Source: Schmidtea polychroa (Eukaryota). From it: 64,000 nucleotides of DNA. The translations under genes were made by a program, and so were the position numbers. The notes under the pieces are model-generated. The model saw nothing but the letters and a program-made list of their open reading frames with translations, did not search any database and was not told where the DNA came from. Below, piece after piece: positions 34,139 through 43,165 of this stretch. The stretch covers positions 53,198,001 through 53,262,000 of the forward strand of contig CM097885.1 in the NCBI GenBank assembly GCA_044892525.1. Direction: 5' to 3'. Within the stretch, counting starts at the first letter, position 1, and each line of letters starts with the position of its first letter.

Positions 34139-34735
34139 TTATAAGTAAGAATTCTTTAACCATTTTTCTCGAGATGTTTTTTTATTACTTATAACATTAG
34201 CCACCATGCCCTCCCTTTTTAATCTTATAACCTCATTCTTTATATCTTGTATTATTTGATTTGATTTCATTATTTCTTCGTCTGTCAGGATTCCATCTTC
34301 CAAAGCTTTTAATTGAAATAAAAATAATTTAGAGATTCCTAATTCTATTGATAAACAAACTTCTCTATATAAACTTTTCTTTTTAGAAGTATAAGATAAT
34401 GAAACTATTTCAGTTAAGAAACCATCAGCCACAGAAATACTTCCAAGTATTACAGGTGCAAGAGTAACAACTGGTAAAGTTATGGGTAAAATAACTGTTA
34501 ATATTGCAGATGCAAATCCTAAAGAATAACCTATAACTTTTAAAACTGTATTCCCTTTATTCCATCTATTTTTAATTTTTTTATAATGCTTTAATAAATC
34601 TTGTAAATGTAAGGTTTCTGATTTAAATTCTTTTACTCTCATAATTTCAAGTTCTGTGGGAGCCGAGGCCTTGGAAGAATAATATCCTGATGGTCTCAAT
34701 TCTGGGTAAATTTTTTCTTCTCTTACTTCTTCCAT
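34139..34735 (-). CDS. Polinton two-TM membrane protein, 198 aa
   Basis: N-terminal YPEL and ASAP motifs, basic helix, two hydrophobic segments (VIGYSLGFASAILTVIL; VVTLAPVILGSISVA), C-terminal ALEDGILTDEE. Confidence 0.7.
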   Translation of the reverse strand: MEEVREEKIYPELRPSGYYSSKASAPTELEIMRVKEFKSETLHLQDLLKHYKKIKNRWNKGNTVLKVIGYSLGFASAILTVILPITLPVVTLAPVILGSISVADGFLTEIVSLSYTSKKKSLYREVCLSIELGISKLFLFQLKALEDGILTDEEIMKSNQIIQDIKNEVIRLKREGMVANVISNKKTSREKWLKNSYL

Positions 34736-34743
34736 TTTAATAA

Positions 34744-35754
34744 CTAAAAAAATAAGACTTTATTCTTCTGAGCACCATCTGGCACCAATACTCGGATATC
34801 AAAAGAAACTCTTGTTGAGAGGATATCTTTATACAATTCTCTCAATGCTTTACGAACTTCATCAACATCAACCTTTTTTTCATAAAATATTAAATCTATA
34901 TATTGTACAAGTGAACTAGAAAAATGAATATTCTTACTTTTAACTTTATGTAGTCCATGTGAATGAGTATTAACATACCAATCTCCGTGTGGTAAATCAT
35001 AACTAGTCATTATAACATCACCCTTTTCAAGCTTACTATTATAATCACATTTCACAAACCATTTCATTCTTTCATTATCATCATCAAACAAAAAGAAATA
35101 AGGATCAATAATTTTTACAACCATAAAAACACCCCATTCTTTACTGTTTGTTGTTATTAAACTTGGTTCTATAAAATGTTTATATGTATGGGGTAATAAT
35201 GTTTTATTCTGTTCTAATTCAGCAGCTCTTTTTCTAATACTATGTGTGGTGTTAATGTGTGTTCCATGAGACTCTAAATTTGAAATTCTTTTATTAAATG
35301 ATGTAATCATCTCATTTATTATTTTATATATTGTATTAAATTTAGTATTCATAATTTGTTTATCTTTAGAATTTAATATAGCAGTATTTAACTTTACAAC
35401 TTGTTCAGTTAACAGACTTTGTAACTTGTCAAATTTATCATTAAATCATTGTTCAATATTATTAAGCTTTGATTCCATTGAATCCATTTTTGTTGTTAAT
35501 GAACTTTCAATTCTTGTTGTTGTTAAATCAGTATATTTTTTAACACCATCTACATATTTCTTATTAACTGCATCAGCTTCATCAGTTGGAAAAGATAATT
35601 CTTTTAACTTGTGTCCATTTCAAATTAAATCACCCTTCATTGAATCACCTCTTTCATTAATATATTTATTTTCTGTTAAAGTTAATATTTCTTCTGTATT
35701 AAACCCTGTTTTTATTGTTCCACCACCTCTATTACATGGAATATAAGAACTCAT
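34744..35754 (-). pseudogene. Putative fiber/spike-like protein with two in-frame stops
   Basis: Frame extends from ATG at 35754 (MSSYIPCNRGGG...GDSMKGDLI*NGHKLKELSFPTDEADAVNKKYVD...coiled coil) into the 202-aa ORF. DAVNKKYVD resembles trimeric fibre/adhesin stalk motifs. Confidence 0.55.
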
Positions 35755-35778
35755 TTATTAATAATTTAAAATGAATCT

Positions 35779-36543
35779 TCAAACCTGTTTCAAATGTAAA
35801 TACATTGAAATCTCTTCTCCATTAAAATCAATCAATTCTCCTTCTTGATTAAGAATTTTAAAATTAATATCCATTATATATTTTCTACATAAAGGTAAAT
35901 AATTTGGAGGATTCATTCTTTCAACTATTTTATATCCCATAGGAACTGTGTTTGAGGGAAAGGAATATAAAACATTTGTTTGTTTACCATTATTATAAGA
36001 ACCTGTTATACAATCGCAATGAATATTTATTGTGTTTGTATTTATTATTTTTATAATATGTTCTGATGTTATTATTTTATCTTCTTTTATTGTTATATCC
36101 ATAGGTTTAAATCCTAAAACTGTGTGAAAGAAACAATTATCTAAAAAACTAATTTTTATATTCTTCAAAGTCATTACACATTTTGAAGTTGGTATATCCA
36201 TTTTAATTTTAATACCTTCATTTGTTTTTTTAGAAAGTATATCATTTAAATCTTTTATCTCATATGCCCCAGGTTCTATTGTTATAATTTCTGGTTTATG
36301 CCCATCACGAGTTTGAATAGTAAATTTATTATTATCTTTAGTTATATTAAAAATAGTATTATAAGCACAAAACCATAATAGCCCCAATTCATAATTTAAA
36401 TTTTGATCTAATTTAATTGAATCTTGAAAGTTTATAGTAAAGTCTGATTCTTTTGAATTTATAGATAAAGTTCTTGAATATTTATCTGACATTATGTTTA
36501 CCATTTTTTTTAAATTATCTTCCGGAGGGTTGTGAAGCTCCAT
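35779..36543 (-). CDS. Minor capsid protein (penton, single jelly roll)
   Basis: 254 aa, beta-rich. IEPGAYEI, TINIHCDCITGSY, LYSF..GYKIVE..YLP, NQEGELIDFNGEE are typical of Polinton penton. Confidence 0.85.
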   Translation of the reverse strand: MELHNPPEDNLKKMVNIMSDKYSRTLSINSKESDFTINFQDSIKLDQNLNYELGLLWFCAYNTIFNITKDNNKFTIQTRDGHKPEIITIEPGAYEIKDLNDILSKKTNEGIKIKMDIPTSKCVMTLKNIKISFLDNCFFHTVLGFKPMDITIKEDKIITSEHIIKIINTNTINIHCDCITGSYNNGKQTNVLYSFPSNTVPMGYKIVERMNPPNYLPLCRKYIMDINFKILNQEGELIDFNGEEISMYLHLKQV

Positions 36544-36591
36544 TTCTTTAGTAGTAAATTCATATAGTAAAAATCCTTATAGTAAAAATCC

Positions 36592-37056
36592 TTATAGTAG
36601 AGATTCTAGATCATTATAAATTTCTTGAATTATAGATTCAAAATCCTGCGTATGCCCCTTTCCCTCTCCCTTATTCAATCTATACAAAACATATAAACTT
36701 AAAATACCACATATTTTAGTATTCAAAGGTTGAACTTGTAAAGAGTTAAAAGTATAACCATTTGGGGAATCAATCGGAGAACCCCTCAAGAGATAATCTT
36801 CAACTTCTTTAGTAGGTTTAATCCCAAAAGAATCAAAGTAGATAGATTTCTTATATATACAAACCCAATGAGATCCTTTTTCATTTGAATTTTGATAATT
36901 GATTATTATATTCAGGGGACTCTCCAGACTTGATAATTCATCATTCATTAATATTTTAATTTTTAAATTTAAATAATTTGCATAATCTTTTAAATCAAAA
37001 TTTGTTTTTGCATTTATTCCAAATGTTTTTAAAAAATCTAATATTGAAGGAGTCAT
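36592..37056 (-). CDS. Adenain-like (C5) maturation cysteine protease
   Basis: Catalytic H-D-Q-C pattern: GSHWVC, YFDSFG, QVQP, ICG. Confidence 0.9.
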   Translation of the reverse strand: MTPSILDFLKTFGINAKTNFDLKDYANYLNLKIKILMNDELSSLESPLNIIINYQNSNEKGSHWVCIYKKSIYFDSFGIKPTKEVEDYLLRGSPIDSPNGYTFNSLQVQPLNTKICGILSLYVLYRLNKGEGKGHTQDFESIIQEIYNDLESLL

Positions 37057-37078
37057 TTTGTATTTTAAAACTTCGTAT

Positions 37079-37960
37079 TTATAACTTCGTATACTTATTA
37101 AATTTATCTTTTGAAATTATTCCTTGTTTTAACAAATCTTTAGAAATCTTTAAAATATCAGAATCTAAATTATTATGTCCTGCTTTCCTTGCAGCTAATA
37201 TTTTTCTTAATTCAATAAAAAGATTGATGGGATTTGGTTTACCACCTTCACTAATTAATCCCTCTCCCTCTGTAACAACATAACCCTTTTCATTTTTATT
37301 TAAATAATTCTTTAAATCTTGAATATATTTTGCTTTAGAACTAGCTCTTATTAATCTTATTAAATTTAAATATTTTTTAATTTCTTCAACATCATCTGAA
37401 GAATATCCACAAAGTAATCTATAAAAATCATCTGTAAATTCAAAGTCTAAATATTCATTATTATAAACATTTTGTGAATGAATACGTGATTTATTTTCTG
37501 AATTTGAATATAAAGTAAAGTTTTGTTTATTAATTGTTATTATTTGATATCCTTCAGTATTAGTATTAAATGTGGGTCTAATTGAAGGAGGTAAATCATC
37601 TCTAATTTTAGGATCAACTTTAAGAGGTTTTGTTTTTAAAAACATTTCTTCTTCTTCCACATTAGAAATTCTTCTGCGTTTTCTTTGATTTCTTTCAGGA
37701 TGGTTTTCACTGGATTCTTTTTCTTTATCCTGCCACTCTAGTTCTTTTATTTTTTGTTTTTTATCTTCTAACTCTTTAAATTTTGCTTGCTCATTGAAAT
37801 CTTCCAACTCTTTTATAGCTTTAATTGTTGTCCCCTGTTGTTGTGTTATTACCTCATTTAATATTATAGATTCAGCATGTTGAGTTGTATCTTTTTTATT
37901 ATATTTATCTTGTTCTGATTGTAATTTTTTTAAAAGTGCTAATCTTTCTTCATATACCAT
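37079..37960 (-). CDS. Polinton conserved protein, likely virion core, 293 aa
   Basis: Charged coiled coil, RKRRR NLS-like motif, GEGL site, C-terminal LRKILAARKAGHNN..I..DLLKQGII helical motif. Confidence 0.65.
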   Translation of the reverse strand: MVYEERLALLKKLQSEQDKYNKKDTTQHAESIILNEVITQQQGTTIKAIKELEDFNEQAKFKELEDKKQKIKELEWQDKEKESSENHPERNQRKRRRISNVEEEEMFLKTKPLKVDPKIRDDLPPSIRPTFNTNTEGYQIITINKQNFTLYSNSENKSRIHSQNVYNNEYLDFEFTDDFYRLLCGYSSDDVEEIKKYLNLIRLIRASSKAKYIQDLKNYLNKNEKGYVVTEGEGLISEGGKPNPINLFIELRKILAARKAGHNNLDSDILKISKDLLKQGIISKDKFNKYTKL

Positions 37961-37982
37961 TTTAATGGTATCAAAAATGGTA

Positions 37983-38576
37983 TCATAGTTCGAAGGGCTT
38001 CAAGTATAATCCTTTACCATTTTTAGTTTTACAAAGGCATTCATTCTTTAAAGATTTACATATTTTTTTTAAATCTTCTTTATCTTTTGAAGATAAAGAT
38101 TCAGATGTAGAAATTTGATTTTTTAAAAAATCATTTAAACCTCTACCTTTATAAGGATCAAGATAGAGACCTTTGCCCTGAGACTTTTGCCGACTCCCCT
38201 CATATGGATTAAGATAGAGACCCTTTCCAACGGACACTCCCCCTTTAGCTTGCCCTACCTTCTTCATTGAATCGATTTCAGTTTGTAGTTTTTCTTTTTC
38301 TAAGTCTGTCTTTTGAGATTCTTTAGCTTTTTGAACTGTAGTTGCAATTCCTCCAGCTATTCCAGCAGCACCTGATAGTCCGGCAATGATTGCAGGTATT
38401 AAAGCAGCTAATGGAAGAATGCCACCTTCTTTAGCTTCGTGGAGCTTCGCTCTAACTTGTTCTTTTACATGTTTTCCAATAAAATATTTTTTACCATCAA
38501 TTACTACTGATTTATTTTTATTTGAATTTATTAATTCTTGCAAAGATTCTTCAGTAGAGGAACTCTTCGAGGTCAT
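37983..38576 (-). CDS. Adenovirus pX(mu)-like core precursor, 197 aa
   Basis: EGG-ILPLAALIPAIIAGLSGAAGIAGGIA resembles the adenoviral pX C-terminal GGILPLLIPLIAAAIG segment; three GKGLYL.P(Y/F) repeats plus GRGL. Confidence 0.65.
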   Translation of the reverse strand: MTSKSSSTEESLQELINSNKNKSVVIDGKKYFIGKHVKEQVRAKLHEAKEGGILPLAALIPAIIAGLSGAAGIAGGIATTVQKAKESQKTDLEKEKLQTEIDSMKKVGQAKGGVSVGKGLYLNPYEGSRQKSQGKGLYLDPYKGRGLNDFLKNQISTSESLSSKDKEDLKKICKSLKNECLCKTKNGKGLYLKPFEL

Positions 38577-38591
38577 TTTTAAATAAATAAA

Positions 38592-39331
38592 ATGGATATT
38601 TGGAAACCAATTTTAAATAGACATAAATCTAAATTTAATAATAAAGTATTTCCTGATAATTTTAGATTATTAATTGTTGGTTCTTCTGGATGTGGAAAGA
38701 ATGTACTTGTTTTGAAAATGTTGCTTGAAGATGATTTTTTAGATTATAATAATTTAATCTTTTATTCTACAACCATAAATCAACCAGAATTACAACTTTT
38801 GAAATGTGGATTTGAAAATAAATTAACTAAAAAAGCAATAATTGATATTTTTAAAAATCAACATAGGTGTCCTGAAGAAGTTTTTCAACCTTGTGATATG
38901 GTTATATTTGTGAAGAAGGGCAGGAGGCAATTCAAGTTTTATTCTCTAATAAACCTGAAGATGTTTTACATTGTGATTTACTTCCTAAAGATAAAAAGAA
39001 TCTAGTTATATTTGATGATGTTGTTAATATGAAAAATCAAGAGATTCAAAAGAGTTACTTTACACGAGGTCGACATAATAATTGTAATGTTATTTATATA
39101 TCTCAAACATATTATGTTTTAGATAAAAATTCAATAAGAAATAATTCCAATTGTTTTATATTTTTTAAATTAGATCGCCGTGATAAGAATATGATTTATA
39201 ATGATTTATTTTCAAATGTTGAACCTGATAAGAATATGTTTGATATGTTTGTTGATAATCATTGGAAAGAAAAATATAATTATATTTATTTGGATAGAGA
39301 AGAAGCTGAAATATGGAAAAGTTTGTTTTAG
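38592..39331 (+). pseudogene. A32/FtsK-like genome packaging ATPase, frameshifted near 38880-38900
   Basis: Walker A GSSGCGKN; Walker B LVIFDD (39002-39019, second frame); FTRGRH..IYISQ..IRNN A32 motifs. Confidence 0.9.
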
Positions 39332-39342
39332 GGCTTGTCGAC

Positions 39343-40743
39343 TTAAAAATCTGTTTTCTGTAGTTCATTATTATAAAATCTACCTAATATTTTTTCATTA
39401 TTTAAATCAAAGATGCTATATGTTATTGGAGTTGTATAATGTATTTTATTTATAATAAAAATTTCATTTGTCCATTTTGCTGTGAATCCTTTTTCAAATT
39501 TATTTTTATATTTAAATATTCTTACTCGGTCACCAATTTTAAACTTTGGTTTTTCAATAACATCATTTTCAATATTTACCACTTTAATGGTTTCAGGCTT
39601 CATGGAAGCATTTAAAGGTGTTAATTTTATAGAACTATGTACATCATTATTATATTCATTTACAATCTTTTGTAACAATTCATTGTTCCATTTTTGTTTT
39701 CCAATAGCAGTAAAATATTTCCACATTTTATTTTTTAATGTTCTATTTAATCTTTCAACTACGACTGCTTTTCCTTCGTTTTCTGTTGAATATAATTTAA
39801 TATCATTTTCATTTAAAAACTTTGTAAAAACTTTGTTATAAAATTCTGTTCCTTTATCACACCATAAATATTTTGGGATTCTTTGATTTTCTTCAAATAT
39901 ATTTTCAAATGCTTCTGTAAAAGAATATCCTGTTTTATTTTCTAAACATCTTGCAAAAGCAAATCTTGTATATAAATCTATTATAGTTAAAATTATTTTA
40001 TATTTTTCAGGGTCTGATGATTTGGGCATAAAGACTAAATCTGCAGACCATGTTTGATCTTTTTCATGTACTTGAACTTTTAAATATTTTTTATTTTTTC
40101 TAAATTCATGGTGTAATTCCTTTGCATATTTTATTTCTGATTCTGTTGGGGTTTGTAAACTAGTCTTGGCTGTACTCTCGAGGGATCTTTCAATCTCTGC
40201 TTGTTCGAGGGTGTGATTCTCAATAATCTTTTTATTAGCAACATCTTTTGCTATTCTAGGAAGTCTTGCACCCATGGTGATCGGACTGTGTCCTAAGCCT
40301 ATGAAAATCTTACCTTTCATTGCTAATTTAACTAGAGCTCTTTGAATCTTTTCTTGGGTTGATGGGTTTTGAATACTATTTAAATCATGTATTAAATTAA
40401 CATCTGCAACATGTCTATCTCTAAGATTTGTTGAATTGTATGCAATGTCATGTTTTAAAGTTGCTTGATCAATTCTATTTATTGGTTCTTCTCCTTGTTT
40501 GGGATTATTATTTTCATCTAATCTAATATCTAGACGTGTTCCTGGTCCAGTATAGTTGTGTTTAAATAAATGTCTTTCACTTGGATATTTTTCTGTAGTA
40601 AAAGGTTTTAATATTGAAGATGTTGTTTTTGAAGATTGTAGGTCGCCTCCTGTATGTTTTTTAGTTTTTAAATGACTTGCTTTATGATGTCTTGTAACTT
40701 GACAATTACAACTTTCACATCTCCAATATTTATTTAGAGACAT
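39343..40743 (-). CDS. Retroviral-type (rve) integrase fused to an N-terminal Zn finger and a parvovirus-type phospholipase A2 domain, 466 aa
   Basis: CESC..H..H finger; NYTGPGT...PINRID...KHDIAY...AD (PLA2); WSADL, WCDKGTEF, VERLNRTLK (DDE intact); KFKIGDRVR C-terminal domain. Confidence 0.93.
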   Translation of the reverse strand: MSLNKYWRCESCNCQVTRHHKASHLKTKKHTGGDLQSSKTTSSILKPFTTEKYPSERHLFKHNYTGPGTRLDIRLDENNNPKQGEEPINRIDQATLKHDIAYNSTNLRDRHVADVNLIHDLNSIQNPSTQEKIQRALVKLAMKGKIFIGLGHSPITMGARLPRIAKDVANKKIIENHTLEQAEIERSLESTAKTSLQTPTESEIKYAKELHHEFRKNKKYLKVQVHEKDQTWSADLVFMPKSSDPEKYKIILTIIDLYTRFAFARCLENKTGYSFTEAFENIFEENQRIPKYLWCDKGTEFYNKVFTKFLNENDIKLYSTENEGKAVVVERLNRTLKNKMWKYFTAIGKQKWNNELLQKIVNEYNNDVHSSIKLTPLNASMKPETIKVVNIENDVIEKPKFKIGDRVRIFKYKNKFEKGFTAKWTNEIFIINKIHYTTPITYSIFDLNNEKILGRFYNNELQKTDF

Positions 40744-40772
40744 TTTAAAATGTTAAAATATCAGGGATTATA

Positions 40773-42059
40773 TCAAGAATCTCCCCTAACATTTTCGATT
40801 ATTGAAATCTTTCCACCATATAATTTCATTTCTATTTTCTTTTCTTCTAATATTAATGTATATACTTTAGCTTTAAAATTAGAATCCTTTGTTACATGAA
40901 GTGTAACATCAACATTATTTATGGCTAGGCGATCATCTTGGTCTGAAACATTTATACAAAATATAGAATATAAATTTTTGAAATCTTCTAAACTTAATTG
41001 CGGTTCAACTTTGAAATCATAACATGTTTCAATATAATTTAGATATGGAAATATGTTTTCATTATTTTCAATATTAAATTCCATTCTATTTATTGGATAA
41101 TAAGAACTATTTAATTGAATTTGGATTGTTTTTAAATTATCAACTCCAATCTATTGAATAAATAGATTGTTATTTTTTTGGAAAGATGAATCTGTTTCTT
41201 TGAATCCAATCAAGATATATCTTGGTCGGTATGCTAAATTTGCTACCTTTATAGAATATGTTGAACCCTCTGTCATACTAAATTCACTACAGATTCTATT
41301 TAAATAATTTACATTTATAGACTTGTTGGAATTTAATCTTTCAAGGAGTTTAATCTCAGAATGTGGGTTTAATGTCCATTCAGGTATATGTAATTCAAGT
41401 GTTGATAATTTTAATTTAGCTTTTGTATCTACAGCTCCATAGAACAATCTTTTATCACCTTCTACTCTATTACAGATGAATTCTATAAAAACATTATGAA
41501 GTATACGATTATAGTTTTGAAGGAATCCAAACAAGTGTTTTAATTCAAAATAACCTTCAAATTTTTTAGATTTATAAAGTTCAGCTCTTTTATGGTAACC
41601 ATGGTTTACATCTAAACCATCTTTATTTAAATCCCCTTTATTAACATCAGGAATCCAACCTGTTAATTCACCATATTCGTTTTTATAATCACAACCAGTC
41701 AAAATAAAATTTAACATTGTAGAATATACTCCCGGATGCAAAACAGTTTCAATTTCTGATGATCCTAGTTTTAATCTCATGTTGGAGAATAAATTTGGAA
41801 AGAAATTATTTTCTAGGGTTATATCTTTGTTTGCTTCAATTTCTAATTCGATTTTATAATATAATTTGGCATTACAAATATCTATAGGGTTTGATGTTTG
41901 AAGAGATTGAAAAACTATATCACCCCTACGATTTAAGTTTGCAATAGATCCTGAAGTTGGGGAGATTTTAAGTACATCGTTTTTCTTGATTTCATGAGTA
42001 AATTCTTTATTATAATCAAGATTTAATTTATTTTTTTCTTGAATTTTTATATTATTCAT
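40773..42059 (-). pseudogene. Major capsid protein (double jelly roll) with one in-frame TAG (41151-41153)
   Basis: The two ORFs are in frame (NNNLFIQ*IGVDNLKTIQIQLNSSYYP), ~428 codons. LFSNMRLKLG.EIE, LKHLFGF, RPRYILIGF, FKNLYSIFCINVS match Polinton MCP. Confidence 0.85.
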
Positions 42060-42114
42060 TTTTATATATTAAAATTTACACACACAAAATAGGATTAATT
42101 AAATATATTATGTA

Positions 42115-42195
42115 AGCCATTATAGCGGAGTGGGAATAGGATTCAATTTTATCACCGGGAGTACCGGGTTCAATTTTCGATTTTGGTCAATTTTT
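42115..42195 (+). ncRNA. tRNA-like Pol III unit 1
   Basis: A box TAGCGGAGTGG (42123); B box GGTTCAATT 45 nt downstream; GCCA/TGGT closing stem; T-run terminator. Confidence 0.5.
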
Positions 42196-42349
42196 ATCGA
42201 TATTTTTTTTTCAACGGAATCTGATTCAGCGTACTGATTTTAGTATATATTTAAATTTTCAGATGGATCTGAGTGGTAGTTGTCGAGAAAATGAATAATT
42301 AATTATTAATTTCATCAATAAATAGTCACACATTAACAACTTATTTTAT

Positions 42350-42431
42350 ATTGAGTATAGCTTAGTGGTAATAGCACTCGACTGCATTGCCAATACCAAT
42401 GGGTTCAAATCCCATTTCGGTCATTTTTTTT
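42350..42431 (+). ncRNA. tRNA-like Pol III unit 2 (Cys-like 5' half, broken anticodon arm)
   Basis: A box TAGCTTAGTGG (42358); D arm GCT/AGC; perfect T arm ATGGG-TTCAAAT-CCCAT; ATTGAG/TTCGGT closing stem; T8 terminator. Confidence 0.6.
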
Positions 42432-42592
42432 CAAATTTTTTTTAACGAAATATTGATCAGCATACTCGATTTAGTACTTGTACAAATTTTTAAGGAGATT
42501 GGTCAACGGCAACTCTTGGAAATTTAAGATCAAAAACGTTTTAACTTAAGCTACCAAAAATTAATATATCCAATAAAAAAATATTTATAAAA

Positions 42593-42829
42593 ATGGATGA
42601 GTTAAAAGAAAGAATGAGAAATGAATTGAATGAAATTAAACATAAGAGAATGAAAAGAAGAGAATAAGAACCATTAGAATACATCAAAGAGTTGATGGTA
42701 GATAATGAAAAGTATCGACATTTTTATATGAAGGCTGTAGATGTTGCTGATATAAGATTGAAGAAAATGAAACAATTACAGGAAAGAGTTAAAAAACTTG
42801 AATCGATTATTTATAGTCTAAAAAATTAG
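42593..42829 (+). pseudogene. Small coiled-coil ORF (78 codons) with an internal TAA
   Basis: ATAAAA-ATG start; MDELKERMRNELNEIKHKRMKRRE*EPLEYIKELM...LESIIYSLKN*. Confidence 0.5.
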
Positions 42830-42838
42830 AAAAATCCA

Positions 42839-42923
42839 AACCTAGATAGCGCAGTGAGCTAGACTGGCACAGTGGTTCAGATGGATAGCGGTTCAAATCA
42901 CATCTGAGGTTAGTTTTTTTTTT
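42839..42923 (+). ncRNA. tRNA-like Pol III unit 3 (right TIR)
   Basis: AACCT...AGGTT terminal stem; A box TAGCGCAGTGA (42847); B box GGTTCAAATC 44 nt downstream; T10 terminator. Confidence 0.55.
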
Positions 42924-43088
42924 CAACATAAAATAATATTAAAAATTTGAAAATAATATTGAAAATAGTGTGGGTATCTTATATTTATAAAGTACTTGTA
43001 TATTTTATTTTATTTATTTTATTTTATTTTATTTTTTTATTAATTAATTATTTTTTAAACATAAATATGAAAAAAAAAATATTGAAAC

Positions 43089-43165
43089 GGGTGATGGTGG
43101 CGAACCGGTAATTATCGCCACCTGTCTTTCGAACACCCCCGGATCGATCCCGGTAATGTGCACAT
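43089..43165 (+). ncRNA. Putative tRNA-like Pol III unit 4, heading the GC-rich TIR island
   Basis: TGGCGAACCGG (43098) within a GGTGGCGA/TCGCCACC hairpin; CCGG-ATCGATC-CCGG T-arm-like hairpin 44 nt downstream. Confidence 0.35.

Noticed and set aside
42350..42423. Functional tRNA-Cys(GCA)
   Set aside because: The anticodon stem cannot pair and the acceptor stem is irregular; kept only as tRNA-like.
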